NCBI RefSeq assembly: GCF_032444005.1
Contig: NC_091288.1
Span: 217,620,001 to 217,684,000 of the forward strand
DNA from: Ranitomeya imitator
Lineage: Eukaryota
Direction of reading: 5' to 3'
DNA length: 64,000 nucleotides
Shown here: positions 53,701 through 64,000 of the stretch, piece after piece
Position numbering within the stretch: position 1 is the first letter of the stretch
Layout of the letters: the number at the start of each line of letters is the position of its first letter
The notes under the pieces: generated by a model
The model's database searches: none
What the model was told of the DNA's origin: nothing
The model's input: only the letters and a program-made list of their open reading frames with translations
Translations under genes and position numbers: made by a program

Positions 53701-55334
53701 TGTATTTTTTCGCATAGGTCTCCTCCCACCACCTCATAAAGAGGTTAGCGTAGGAGGGTGCGCATCTAGCCCCCATCGCGGTCCCCAAGATTTGTTTGTA
53801 AAACACTGTCAAATCCAAAATAGGTCTTTTCAAGAACCAGTTTAAGCAAATGAAGAATAAAGGAGTAATGACTCCTATCTCCAGTGGTACATTTGTCAAA
53901 AAAATAAGAGACTGCTGAAATACCTAGATTGTGGCTGATATTCGTAGAGGGCCTCCATGTTGAATGTGACTAGAATAGTATCCTGAGGAATCACCAAACC
54001 ATCCAATTCCTGTATCAAATACGATGAGTCACGTATGTACGAATCCAGTGTGACAACCACCGGCTGAAGAAAGAAATCCACATAAATACATGGTTTTTCA
54101 TACAACCCGCCTATTCCCGAGATGATGGGCCTACCCGAGCGTTGTGTCACAGACTTGTGTACCTTTGGTACCATATAAAATGCTGGTATCACAGGAAATT
54201 TCGTAGTTAGAAAATCCAGTTCCTTTTTGCTGATGATCCCATGTAGGAAAGCACTAGACAATAATTTGTCCAATTGAGATTTCAAAACCATTGTTGGATC
54301 TGAAGGTAAGGCTTGGTAATAATGTGTGTTATTTAGTTGTCGTCTAGCTTCCAGACAACACACATCTATTGGCCACAGGACAATATTCCCCCTTTTTTTT
54401 CCAAAGAGCTCATTGTTCTTCGATTTAAAAAGTGCTATCTGCTCCTCTCTTGAGAGATTACTCTGCTGATTTTTTATCAATCTTTTTATGTTCCACCACG
54501 TTTTTGTTAATATTTTATGTAAAATTAATAATCTCCGTGGTCAATTTTTGAAACCCATCCCTAGTTGACCACAGTAATGTCATTCTGGCCAAAAATGTCC
54601 ACAACTTGATCCTGCCAAGACGCCTCTCTGGCTTTCAAATCCATAATGTCTATATTGCAATAACACAAAATGTGTCACCGCTAGAAAGACTGGCTTAAAG
54701 GAAGCAAGCCACAACAACAAACCCATGAAATAGACATGCGGGCACCATCCATGCAATACTAATTATTGGGATCACCTACTGCATACATACAACCTAGACT
54801 CCAATGGAAAATACAAAAGCATATGCAGACCACAAGGGATCACCATAAAAATAAACAATTTTATTGGAAAGCAACATACAATAAATTTAAAAACAATTAA
54901 AAGTCACACATAGATGCGATACTGAGAAAAAGAGATCCATAATAACGAGTCAAACACTCATAGACTCACAAGCCAATAATACAACATAGATTGCTATATA
55001 TCAACAACAGGATTATAAATAGCTTGACCAAAGATTAAGACAAGGTATATACCATGTCCCAAAAGCAATATACACATATTAATGCCAACGTTGGTAATAT
55101 ACATAAGTAAATAGCAATACAACAAGTAATAACATGATCCCAATGTTACCACCTCCTCAAAAGTTCTCCTGCAGTAAATATATCAGAGACCTAGATCAGG
55201 GTCAGCTAGGTCAGGGTTAGCTTATACTTAGCCCCATTTCAGTCAGGTGGTCATCCCTTTAAGGCAAGCAGTCTGGTTTTGTGGGTACATGGACCCACTC
55301 ATATTGACACAAAGGTGTGTCTTCCTCAGGGTAT
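50722..55334 (-). mobile_element. Penelope-like retroelement (Neptune-like) with ~178-bp direct terminal repeats (pseudo-LTRs 50722-50900 and 55157-55334); frameshifted RT + GIY-YIG ORF 54480 to 52707
   Basis: RT motifs PKVHKS..GRPIISG, GTAMGARCAPSYANLF and RFIDDI; Cys-rich linker FPCGNCLVC; GIY-YIG segment VYAMICGCNKIYVGQT. Each terminal repeat starts with a CTGAGGA hammerhead-like core. Confidence 0.85.
51095..51703 (+). mobile_element. L2 3' end (inside the 3' region of the PLE)
   Basis: Same family as 18060-18646, including the stem-loop (one mismatch) and (TAA)n tail. Confidence 0.9.
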
Positions 55335-55544
55335 CTGAAACGCGTAGGAATTGTGGTCCTCTTAGCGCTCTTTACTGGTCTATGTCACGTGTGCCATACA
55401 TGACTGTCCTTCTCCGATACCACACAATCAACAGAGAGAGGGAAGTGTGAACAATCCCAAGAACTTTATTATAGGCAAAACTAAAAGGTCCATAAACAAT
55501 CCACCACACTGCGGATACAATAGTATAGAACACGGATGCAGTTC

Positions 55545-58500
55545 TGTCATGATCCCAATGGCAGGGGATCACAAAAGGACAAGCACAAAAACAAAACAAG
55601 CTCTAGGGTGATGGAACCTGAGCTGACCGCGATCCTGAACCTAAACACACAACTAGCAGTAGCCGGGGAACGTGCCTACGATGATTCCTAGATGTCTCGC
55701 GCCAGCCGAAGGACTAACTTCCCCTATTAGAAGAAACACAGACCTCTCTTGCCTCCAGAGAAACACCCCACAGAAATAGCAGCCCCCCACATGTAATAAC
55801 GGTGAAATGAGAGGAAAGCACATACGTAGTTATGAAAACAGATTCAGCAAAATGAGGCCCGCTAAAGCTAGATAGCAGAGGATACAAAAGTGAACTGCGT
55901 GGTCAGCGAAAAACCCTTCAAAAAACCATCCTGAAATTACTTGAACTCATGTGCCAACTCATGGAACATGAGGAGTAATTTCAGCCCACTAGAGCAACCA
56001 GCAGCAAAGAATCACATATCTGCAAGCTGGACTAAGACAAAAATTAAGCAAAACGTGGAACAGGAAAATCAAAACTTAGCTTGTCCTGAAGAATACAAAA
56101 GCGGGTAGCAGAGGTAATAAGACACACTGATTACATTGATAGCCGGCGAGGAAATGACAAGAAAGCCAGGTTAAATAGGAAACTCCCATGTCCTGATGGA
56201 ACAGGTGGACGCCAGAGACCGCAGAGAACACAAGTCACCCAGTACCATCAGTAACCACCAGAGGGAGCCCAAAAAACAGAATTCACAACAGTACCCCCCC
56301 CCCCCCCCCCTTGAGGAGGGGTCACCGAACCCTCACGGCGACCAGGATGAGCCCTATGAAATGCACGGACCAAATCAGCAGCATGAACATCAGAGGCAAC
56401 CACCCAAGAATTATCCTCCTGACCATAACCCTTCCACTTGACCAAATACTGGAGTTTCCGTCTGGAAACACGAGAATCCAAGATCTTCTCAACAACATAC
56501 TCCAATTCTCCCTCCACCAGCAACGGAGCAGGAGGCTCAAGCGAAGGAACAACAGGTACCTCATACTTCCGCAACAACGACCGATGGAACACATTATGAA
56601 TAGCAAACGATACCGGGAGATCCAAACGAAACGACACAGGGTTAAGAATTTCCAAGATCCTATAGGGACCGATGAACCGAGGCTTGAAGAACTTAGGAGA
56701 AGAGACCTTCATAGGAACAAAACGAGAAGACAACCACACCAAGTCCCCAACACGAAGTCGAGGACCCACGCGGCGACGGCGATTAGCAAACTGCTGAGCC
56801 CTCTCCTGGGACAACTTCAAATTGTCCACCACATGACTCCAAATCTGATGCAACCTATCCACCACCATGTCCACTCCAGGACAATCAGAAGGCTCCACCT
56901 GACCAGAGGAAAAACGAGGATGAAACCCCGAATTACAAAAGAAAGGAGAAACCAAGGTAGCAGAACTAGCCTGATTATTAAGGGCAAATTCGGCAAGCGG
57001 CAAAAAGGTAACCCAGTCATCTTGATCAGCAGAAACAAAACACCTTAAATAAGTTTCTAAGGTCTGATTAGTTCGTTCCGTCTGGCCATTCGTCTGAGGA
57101 TGGAATGCAGACGAAAAGGACAGATCAATGCCCATCTTAGCACAGAACGTCCGCCAAAATCTAGACACAAACTGGGATCCCCTGTCAGAAACGATGTTCT
57201 CCGGAATCCCATGCAAACGAACCACGTTCTGAAAAAACAGAGGGACCAACTCAGAGGAGGAAGGTAACTTAGGCAAGGGTACCAGATGAACCATCTTAGA
57301 AAAGCGGTCACACACAACCCAGATGACGGACATTTTTTGAGAGACAGGGAGATCCGAAATAAAGTCCATGGAAATGTGCGTCCAAGGCCTCTTCGGGATA
57401 GGCAAAGGTGACAACAATCCACTGGCCCGAGAACAGCAAGGCTTAGCCCGAGCGCAAACTTCACAAGACTGCACAAAAGAACGCACATCCCTCGACAAGG
57501 AAGGCCACCAAAAAGACCTGGCCACCAAGTCTCTAGTACCAAATATTCCAGGATGACCTGCCAACGCAGAAGAATGGACCTCGGAGATGACTCTACTGGT
57601 CCAACTATCCGGAACAAACAGTCTTTCAGGCGGACAACGATCAGGTTTATCCGCCTGAAACTCCTGCAAAGCACGTCGCAAGTCTGGGGAGACAGCCGAC
57701 AAAATCACCCCATCCCTAAGGATTCCAGTGGGCTCAGAATTTCCAGGGGAGTCAGGCACAAAACTCCTAGAAAGAGCATCCGCCTTCACATTCTTTGAAC
57801 CCGGCAGGTATGAAACCACAAAATTGAAACGGGAGAAAAACAGTGACCAACGAGCCTGTCTAGGATTCAGACGCTTGGCAGACTCAAGGTAAATCAAATT
57901 TTTGTGATCAGTCAAGACCACCACATGATGTCTAGCACCCTCAAACCAATGACGCCACTCCTCAAATGCCCACTTCATGGCCAAAAGCTCCTGATTACCA
58001 ACATCATAATTCCGCTCAGCGGGCGAAAATTTTCTAGAAAAGAACGCACATGGCTTCATCACTGAGCCATCGGAGCTTCTCTGTGACAAAACCGCCCCCG
58101 CTCCAATCTCGGAAGCATCAACCTCAACCTGAAAAGGAAGCGAAGCATCTGGCTGACACAACACAGGAGCAGAAGAAAACCGGTGCATAAGTTCCTGAAA
58201 GGCCTCCACAGCCGCAGGAGACCAATCAGCAACATCAGCACCCTTCTTAGTCAAATCCGTCAAAGGCTTAACAACACTAGAAAAATTAGTTATGAAACGA
58301 CGATAAAAATTAGCAAAGCCCAAGAACTTCTGTAGACTCTTAAGAGATGTAGGCTGCGTCCAGTCACAAATAGCCTGAACCTTGACGGGATCCATCTCAA
58401 TAGTAGAAGGGGAAAAAATATACCCCAAAAAAGAAATCTTCTGGACTCCAAAGAGACACTTTGAACCTTTTACAAACAAAGAATTGGCCCGCAGGACCTG

Positions 58501-61261
58501 AAACACCTTCCTGACCTGCTGAACATGGGTCTCCCAGTCATCAGAAAAAACCAAAACATCATCCAAATACACAATCATAAATTTATCCAGATATTCACGG
58601 AAAATATCGTGCATAAAGGACTGGAAGACAGAAGGAGCATTAGAAAGTCCAAAAGGCATCACCAAATACTCAAAATGGCCCTCAGGCGTATTAAATGCGG
58701 TTTTCCACTCATCACCCTGCTTTATCCGCACAAGATTATACGCACCCCGAAGATCAATCTTAGTGAACCATTTAGCCCCCTTAATGCGAGCGAACAAATC
58801 AGTCAACAATGGCAAAGGATACTGATATTTGACTGTAATCTTATTCAAAAGACGATAATCTATACAAGGCCTCAAGGAACCATCTTTTTTGGCCACGAAA
58901 AAAAAACCTGCTCCCAAAGGGGACTAAGATGGACGGATATGTCCCTTTTCCAAGGACTCCTTAACATAATCCCGCATAGCAGTATGCTCTGGCACTGACG
59001 GATTGAACAAACGACCTTTAGGAAATTTACTGCCAGGAATCAAATCTATAGCACAATCGCAATCCCTGTGAGGAGGAAGCGAACTGAGCTTAGGCTCCTC
59101 AAAAACATCCCGATAATCAGACAAAAATACAGGAACCTCAGAAGGAGTAGATGAAGCGATAGAAATCGGAGGTGCATCATCATGAACCCCCTGACATCCC
59201 CAGCTTAACACAGACATTGTTTTCCAGTCCAGGACTGGGTTATGAGTTTGTAACCATGGTAGACCAAGCACTAAGACATCATGTAAATTATACAGTACCA
59301 GGAAGCGAATCACCTCCTGATGAACGGGAGTCATATGCATGGTCACTTGTGTCCAGTACTGAGGTTTATTCATAGCCAAAGGTGTAGAGTCAATTCCTTT
59401 CAAAGGAATAGGAACTTCCAGAGGCTCCAGACTAAACCCACAGCGGTTGGCAAATGACCAATCCATAAGACTCAGGGCAGCGCCTGAATCCACATAGGCA
59501 TCGACGGAAATGGATGATAATGAACAAATCAGAGTCACAGACAGAATGAACTTAGACTGTAAAGTACTAATGGCTACAGACTTATCAACCTTTTTTGTGC
59601 GTTTAGAGCATGCTGATATAACATGAGCTGAATCACCACAATAAAAACACAACCCATTTTTCCGCCTATAGTTTTGCCGTTCACTTCTGGACTGAATTCT
59701 ATCACATTGCATTGTCTCAGGTGCCTGTTCAGAAGACACCGCCAAATGGTGCACAGGTTTGCGCTCCCGTAAACGCCGATCAATCTGAATAGCCATAGTC
59801 ATGGACTCATTCAGACATGCAGGCGCAGGGAACCCCACCATAACATCTTTAATGGCCTCAGAAAGGCCATCTCTGAATTTTGCAGCCAGGGCGCACTCAT
59901 TCCACTGAGTAAGCACCGACCATTTCCGAAATTTCTGACAATATATTTCTGCTTCATCTTGCCCCTGAGAGAGCCAATAAAGCTTTTTCAGCCTGAATCT
60001 CTAGGTTAGGTTCCTCATAGAGCAAACCCAATGCCAGAAAAAACGCATCCACATTGAGCAACGCAGGATCCCCTGGTGCCAATGCAAATGCCCAATTCTG
60101 AGGGTCACCCCGCAGGAAAGATATAACAATCTTGACCTGCTGAGCAGGGTCTCCAGAGGAGCGAGATTTCAAAGAAAGAAACAACTTGCAATTGTTCCTA
60201 AAATTCAGAAAACTAGATCTATCTCCAGAAAAAAACTCTGGGATAGGAATTCTAGGTTCAGACATAGGAGCCTGTACAACAAAATCTTGTATATTTTGAA
60301 CCTTAGCAGCAAGAATATTCAGGCTGGAAGCCAAACTCTGGACGTCCATGATAAACAGCTGAGGTCAGAGCCATTCAAGGATTAAGAGGAGGTAAAAAGC
60401 AGCCAGGCTGCAATTAAGGCTAGGCAGCAAACTCTGAGGGGAAAAAAAAAAAAACTTCCTCAGACTACTTTTCCTCCTACTTCAGCCAATACGATTACCA
60501 CTTGGGCCGGCTATACTGTCATGATCCCAATGGCAGGGGATCACAAAAGGACAAGCACAAAAACAAAACAAGCTCTAGGATGATGGAACCTGAGCTGACC
60601 GCGATCCTGAACCTAAACACACAACTAGCAGTAGCCGGGGAACGTGCCTACGATGATTCCTAGACGTCTCGCGCCAGCCGAAGGACTAACTTCCCCTATT
60701 AGAAGAAACACAGACCTCTCTTGCCTCCAGAGAAACACCCCACAGAAATAGCAGCCCCCCACATGTAATAACGGTGAAATGAGAGGAAAGCACATACGTA
60801 GTTATGAAAACAGTTTCAGCAAAATGAGGCCCGCTAAAGCTAGATAGCAGAGGATACAAAAGTGAACTGCGCGGTCAGCGAAAAACCCTTCAAAAAACCA
60901 TCCTGAAATTACTTGAACTCATGTGCCAACTCATGGAACATGAGGAGTAATTTCAGCCCACTAGAGCAACCAGCAGCAAAGAATCACATATCTGCAAGCT
61001 GGACTAAGACAAAAATTAAGCAAAACATGGAACAGGAAAATCAAAACTTAGCTTGTCCTGAAGAATACAAAAGCGGGTAGCAGAGGTAATAAGACACACT
61101 GATTACATTGATAGCCAGCGAGGAAATGACAAGAAAGCCAGGTTAAATAGGAAACTCCCATATCCTGATGGAACAGGTGGACGCCAGAGACCGCAGAGAA
61201 CACAAGTCACCCAGTACCATCAGTAACCACCAGAGGGAGCCCAAAAACAGAATTCACAACA
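55545..61261 (-). mobile_element. Ty3/Gypsy LTR retrotransposon (chromovirus, Tf1/sushi-like); LTRs 55545-56290 and 60517-61261
   Basis: TG...CA LTRs of 746/745 bp with about 7 substitutions and 1 indel by eye; flanking duplication CAGTTC; poly-G PPT at 56294-56310; non-tRNA-like PBS at 60506-60514. Confidence 0.97.
56248..60349 (-). pseudogene. Gag-pol of the chromovirus, disrupted by one frameshift (~59965) and one in-frame TAG (58924-58926)
   Basis: Gag with CFYCGDSAHVISAC knuckle; protease VDSGA; RT YLDD; RNase H; integrase HHCC, DDE and GPY; C-terminal chromodomain (EYVVEKILDSR...YLVKWKGY...NSWV). Confidence 0.93.
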
Positions 61262-62199
61262 CAGTTCAGCAACAGGATAAAATGTCCAAGGAGATGAGAG
61301 CCGAATACTCCAGCAGACAGGATAAAAAATCCATATGCTTCCCTTTCTCTCTGATGTGCTGTGTTCACACCATCCTCACCACACGGGAACTGACTTCCCA
61401 GCTCCTGTCCTCCTCAGCCCCCTCCTTGTCCAGGGGTAGTCAGACAAGTAGGGGTGGTTTTCAGGCCTCCCAGACCTGACAAAGTTGCCTCGGGGATTAA
61501 GGCACTACAGGGGCTCATCAAGAGGCACAGATACAGTCAGGCTGCAGACAGTCAGTGAGCTAATTCAATTATCAGCCTTTTGGAAGGTAATTGAGACTCT
61601 AGACAATATGTGGAATACACGGAATGATACAGGGCAACAAGAGAACACTAAGAAAATCAGTAAAATATAAATATACACAAAATGATACCCACATAACATA
61701 TCACACCATCACAGTGACCATCTACGTCACGAAGGTCCTGCATCAGGTAGTCGCCCTTGTCACAAAGGTCCTGTTGCTGCGCTATGAAGATTCACCCACA
61801 GTGCCTACACGCACACGCTTACTTAGGACTGGAGGAGCTGCAAGGATTGCACTGCCCAGTCCCAAACAATTTCTCATCCACGTTACCTGGGTGGACTAGA
61901 AGATCCTGGGAGAATGAGTAGACACCTGAATTACAGCACACTCATAAGAAGTGAAAGTGGTAATTCTCTTAATATACTTTTAACTCTGCATTTAAGTGGA
62001 ACTCTGCACCATTGTGTGCTCTATTGACTAAATTCACTACATTGACTGGTTCATCATATTGACACATCATTTAGTACTATAACTACGGCTCCCAGTACTA
62101 AAACCACGACCTCTGGTACATGCTCTTATCCCCCTTGTCTGACTGTGGAAGTGGACCATAGCGCAAATAAGCACATTTACATTTTTCTACAAAAGTCTC

Positions 62200-63160
62200 C
62201 TTTCAGGGGCCTAAAAGTAATTGGAGAAATTAAATTTACCATAAATAAAATGTTCATTTTCAATACTTTGTACAGAATCCTCTGCAACAATGACGGACTT
62301 AAGTCTGGAAGCCATGAACATCGCCAAACGCCGGGTTCCCTCCTTCGTGAGGCTTTGCCGCCTTTACTGCAGCTGACTTCAGTTGTTGCTTGTTTGTGGG
62401 TCTTTCTGCCTTATGTTTTGTCTTCAGCCTGTGAAATGAAGCTCGATGAGCTGACATCTGGTGATGACTCGACCATTGCAGAATATTCCATTTCCTTGCT
62501 TTCGCAGAATGTTTTCGGTCATTATCCATCTGTCCTTTAAAGCGCCATCCAATCAACCTAGCTGTATTTGGTTGAATCTGAGCAGAAAGTATCTCCCCGT
62601 ACACACAGGATTCATCCAGCAGCTTCTGTCTTCAGGCACACCATCAATAAACACTTGTGACCCAGTGCCACTGGCAGTCATCCATGCACACGCAGGGACA
62701 CCACATCCACCATGTGTTACAGAGGGTGTGCTTTGGACCATGAGCCGTTCCAAGCCTTCTCCATACTTTCTTCTTTCCATCATTCTGCTACAGGTTGATC
62801 TTGCTTTAGCTTTTCCAGACCTGTGTGGCTTCTTTAAGTTTTTTTGGGGAAAAGTCTAATTTGGCCTTTCTATTTCTAAGGCTGACAATGGTTTGTTTGC
62901 ACCTTGTGGTGAATTTTCTATTTTTGACCTCATAGAGTCTGGTCTTTATGGTAGACTTAGATACTGAAACGCCTAATTCCTGGATCGTGTTCTTCACTTG
63001 AGTGGATGTTGTGAAGGGGTTTTTCTTCACCATGGAAAGGATTCTGTGATCATCCACCAATGTCTTCCAGGGAGAACCATGCATTTTTGAGCTCCCAAGC
63101 TCATCAGTAAGCTTTTTTTCAGAATGTACTAAACTGTAGATTTGGCCAGTCCTAAAATGT
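62200..63160 (-). mobile_element. Degenerate Tc1 element
   Basis: ORF pieces ILSMVKKNPFTTS...SKSTIKTRL (62806-63084) and QIQPN...QMDNDRKH (62299-62604); boundaries approximate. Confidence 0.8.
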
Positions 63161-63269
63161 CCTCGTCTCCGCTTGTGCTACCCAGTGTTTGGGTTCTGCT
63201 GTCTATTATGTGATTTAATAGGAGGGTTCTGGCCTTACCGTCTTTATTCACTGATGTCGGGGCACTACC

Positions 63270-63465
63270 TTTGCTTCATCAGTCTTAGCTGGGGACTGGA
63301 GTACTATTTATTGTAGATTGTAAGCTCTCACGACCAGGGTCTTCTTATTTTGCTTTAATTATTGTATTGTTAACGTTGTTACTTATGACTTTTGTGTTTG
63401 AAACTGTTAAACTGTAAAGCGCTGCGGAATATGTTGGCGCTATATAAATAAAGATTATTATTATT
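63270..63465 (+). mobile_element. 3' tail of a second L2-like family (or L2-dependent SINE); a shorter copy lies at ~63840-63905
   Basis: tgtaaagcgctgcggaatatgttggcgctatataaataaag(ATT)n: a stem-loop with a GGAATA loop related to the L2 tails above. Confidence 0.6.
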
Positions 63466-64000
63466 TAGCTTAGGTCTTGATACAAAACTATATTGTATGT
63501 CTATATGTTCATATATCTCTGGACCTCTATCTTATCTGCATTTGTTAGAGGGTATACACTACAGCTGTGTCGCCATTATTTGGAAGGTCTTTGTGCCTTC
63601 CCTGACTGCGGAGTAAATTGCTTATTTTGCCCACTATATTGCTGTGAACATTAGGACCTGGACCATTGGTTTTACTTGTTTTTAAATGTCTGTTTTTTGT
63701 TTACCAATAAAAAATATTTGCTGTATATTTTGGAGTGTGCACATCATTCTGTAGTTCCTTTTTTTCTTCTTTGATATTGCATTTGTGTTCTACTACTGGA
63801 TGTAAAACTCATATTTATATTATAGACTATTGTGTGCAAAACTGTAAAGCCCTGCGGAATATGTTAGCGCTATATAAAAATAAAGATTATTATTATTAAT
63901 ATTATTGTAGCGCACTCCGACTTCCTTTTTAGATGTCACGGTAAAGCAGAGACACCTATACTCACCTCCAGTTCAGGCGTCATTCCTGCAGTGTTGTCAG

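Overview
Eukaryotic genomic DNA, very probably from a frog (inferred from the repeat landscape; a hyloid such as a dendrobatid or bufonid is plausible but cannot be proven here). The + strand carries a tandem cluster of cytosolic SULT1-family sulfotransferases. Three genes are complete, with 7 coding exons, intact frames, GT-AG introns and the PAPS-binding and catalytic motifs (A 3341-9826, 290 aa; B 14450-17753, 288 aa; C 26697-32867, 286 aa). A fourth, SULT1B1-like gene D shows only coding exons 1-2 (45429-45776); I found no exon 3 in the remaining 18 kb. Most other sequence is repeats: Tc1/mariner elements and MITEs, CR1 and L2 LINE pieces, many minisatellites, a nest of Penelope-like elements (PLEs) and a young Ty3/Gypsy chromovirus with about 99% identical LTRs. 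The most interesting signals are: (1) minimal hammerhead-ribozyme-like motifs in PLE-derived, TSD-bounded inverted-repeat cassettes and pseudo-LTRs; (2) a chromovirus whose PBS is complementary to its own predicted transcript 5' end (Tf1/sushi-type self-priming); (3) an L2 insertion with a 60-bp 3'UTR segment amplified 22 times between 10-bp TSDs; (4) a CR1 with an uninterrupted RT frame embedded in an AG-free polypyrimidine minisatellite in a SULT intron; (5) divergent substrate-pocket loops among the SULT paralogues. Most long ORFs in the supplied track are tandem-repeat artefacts. All coordinates were read by eye; repeat boundaries marked approximate may be off by tens of bases.
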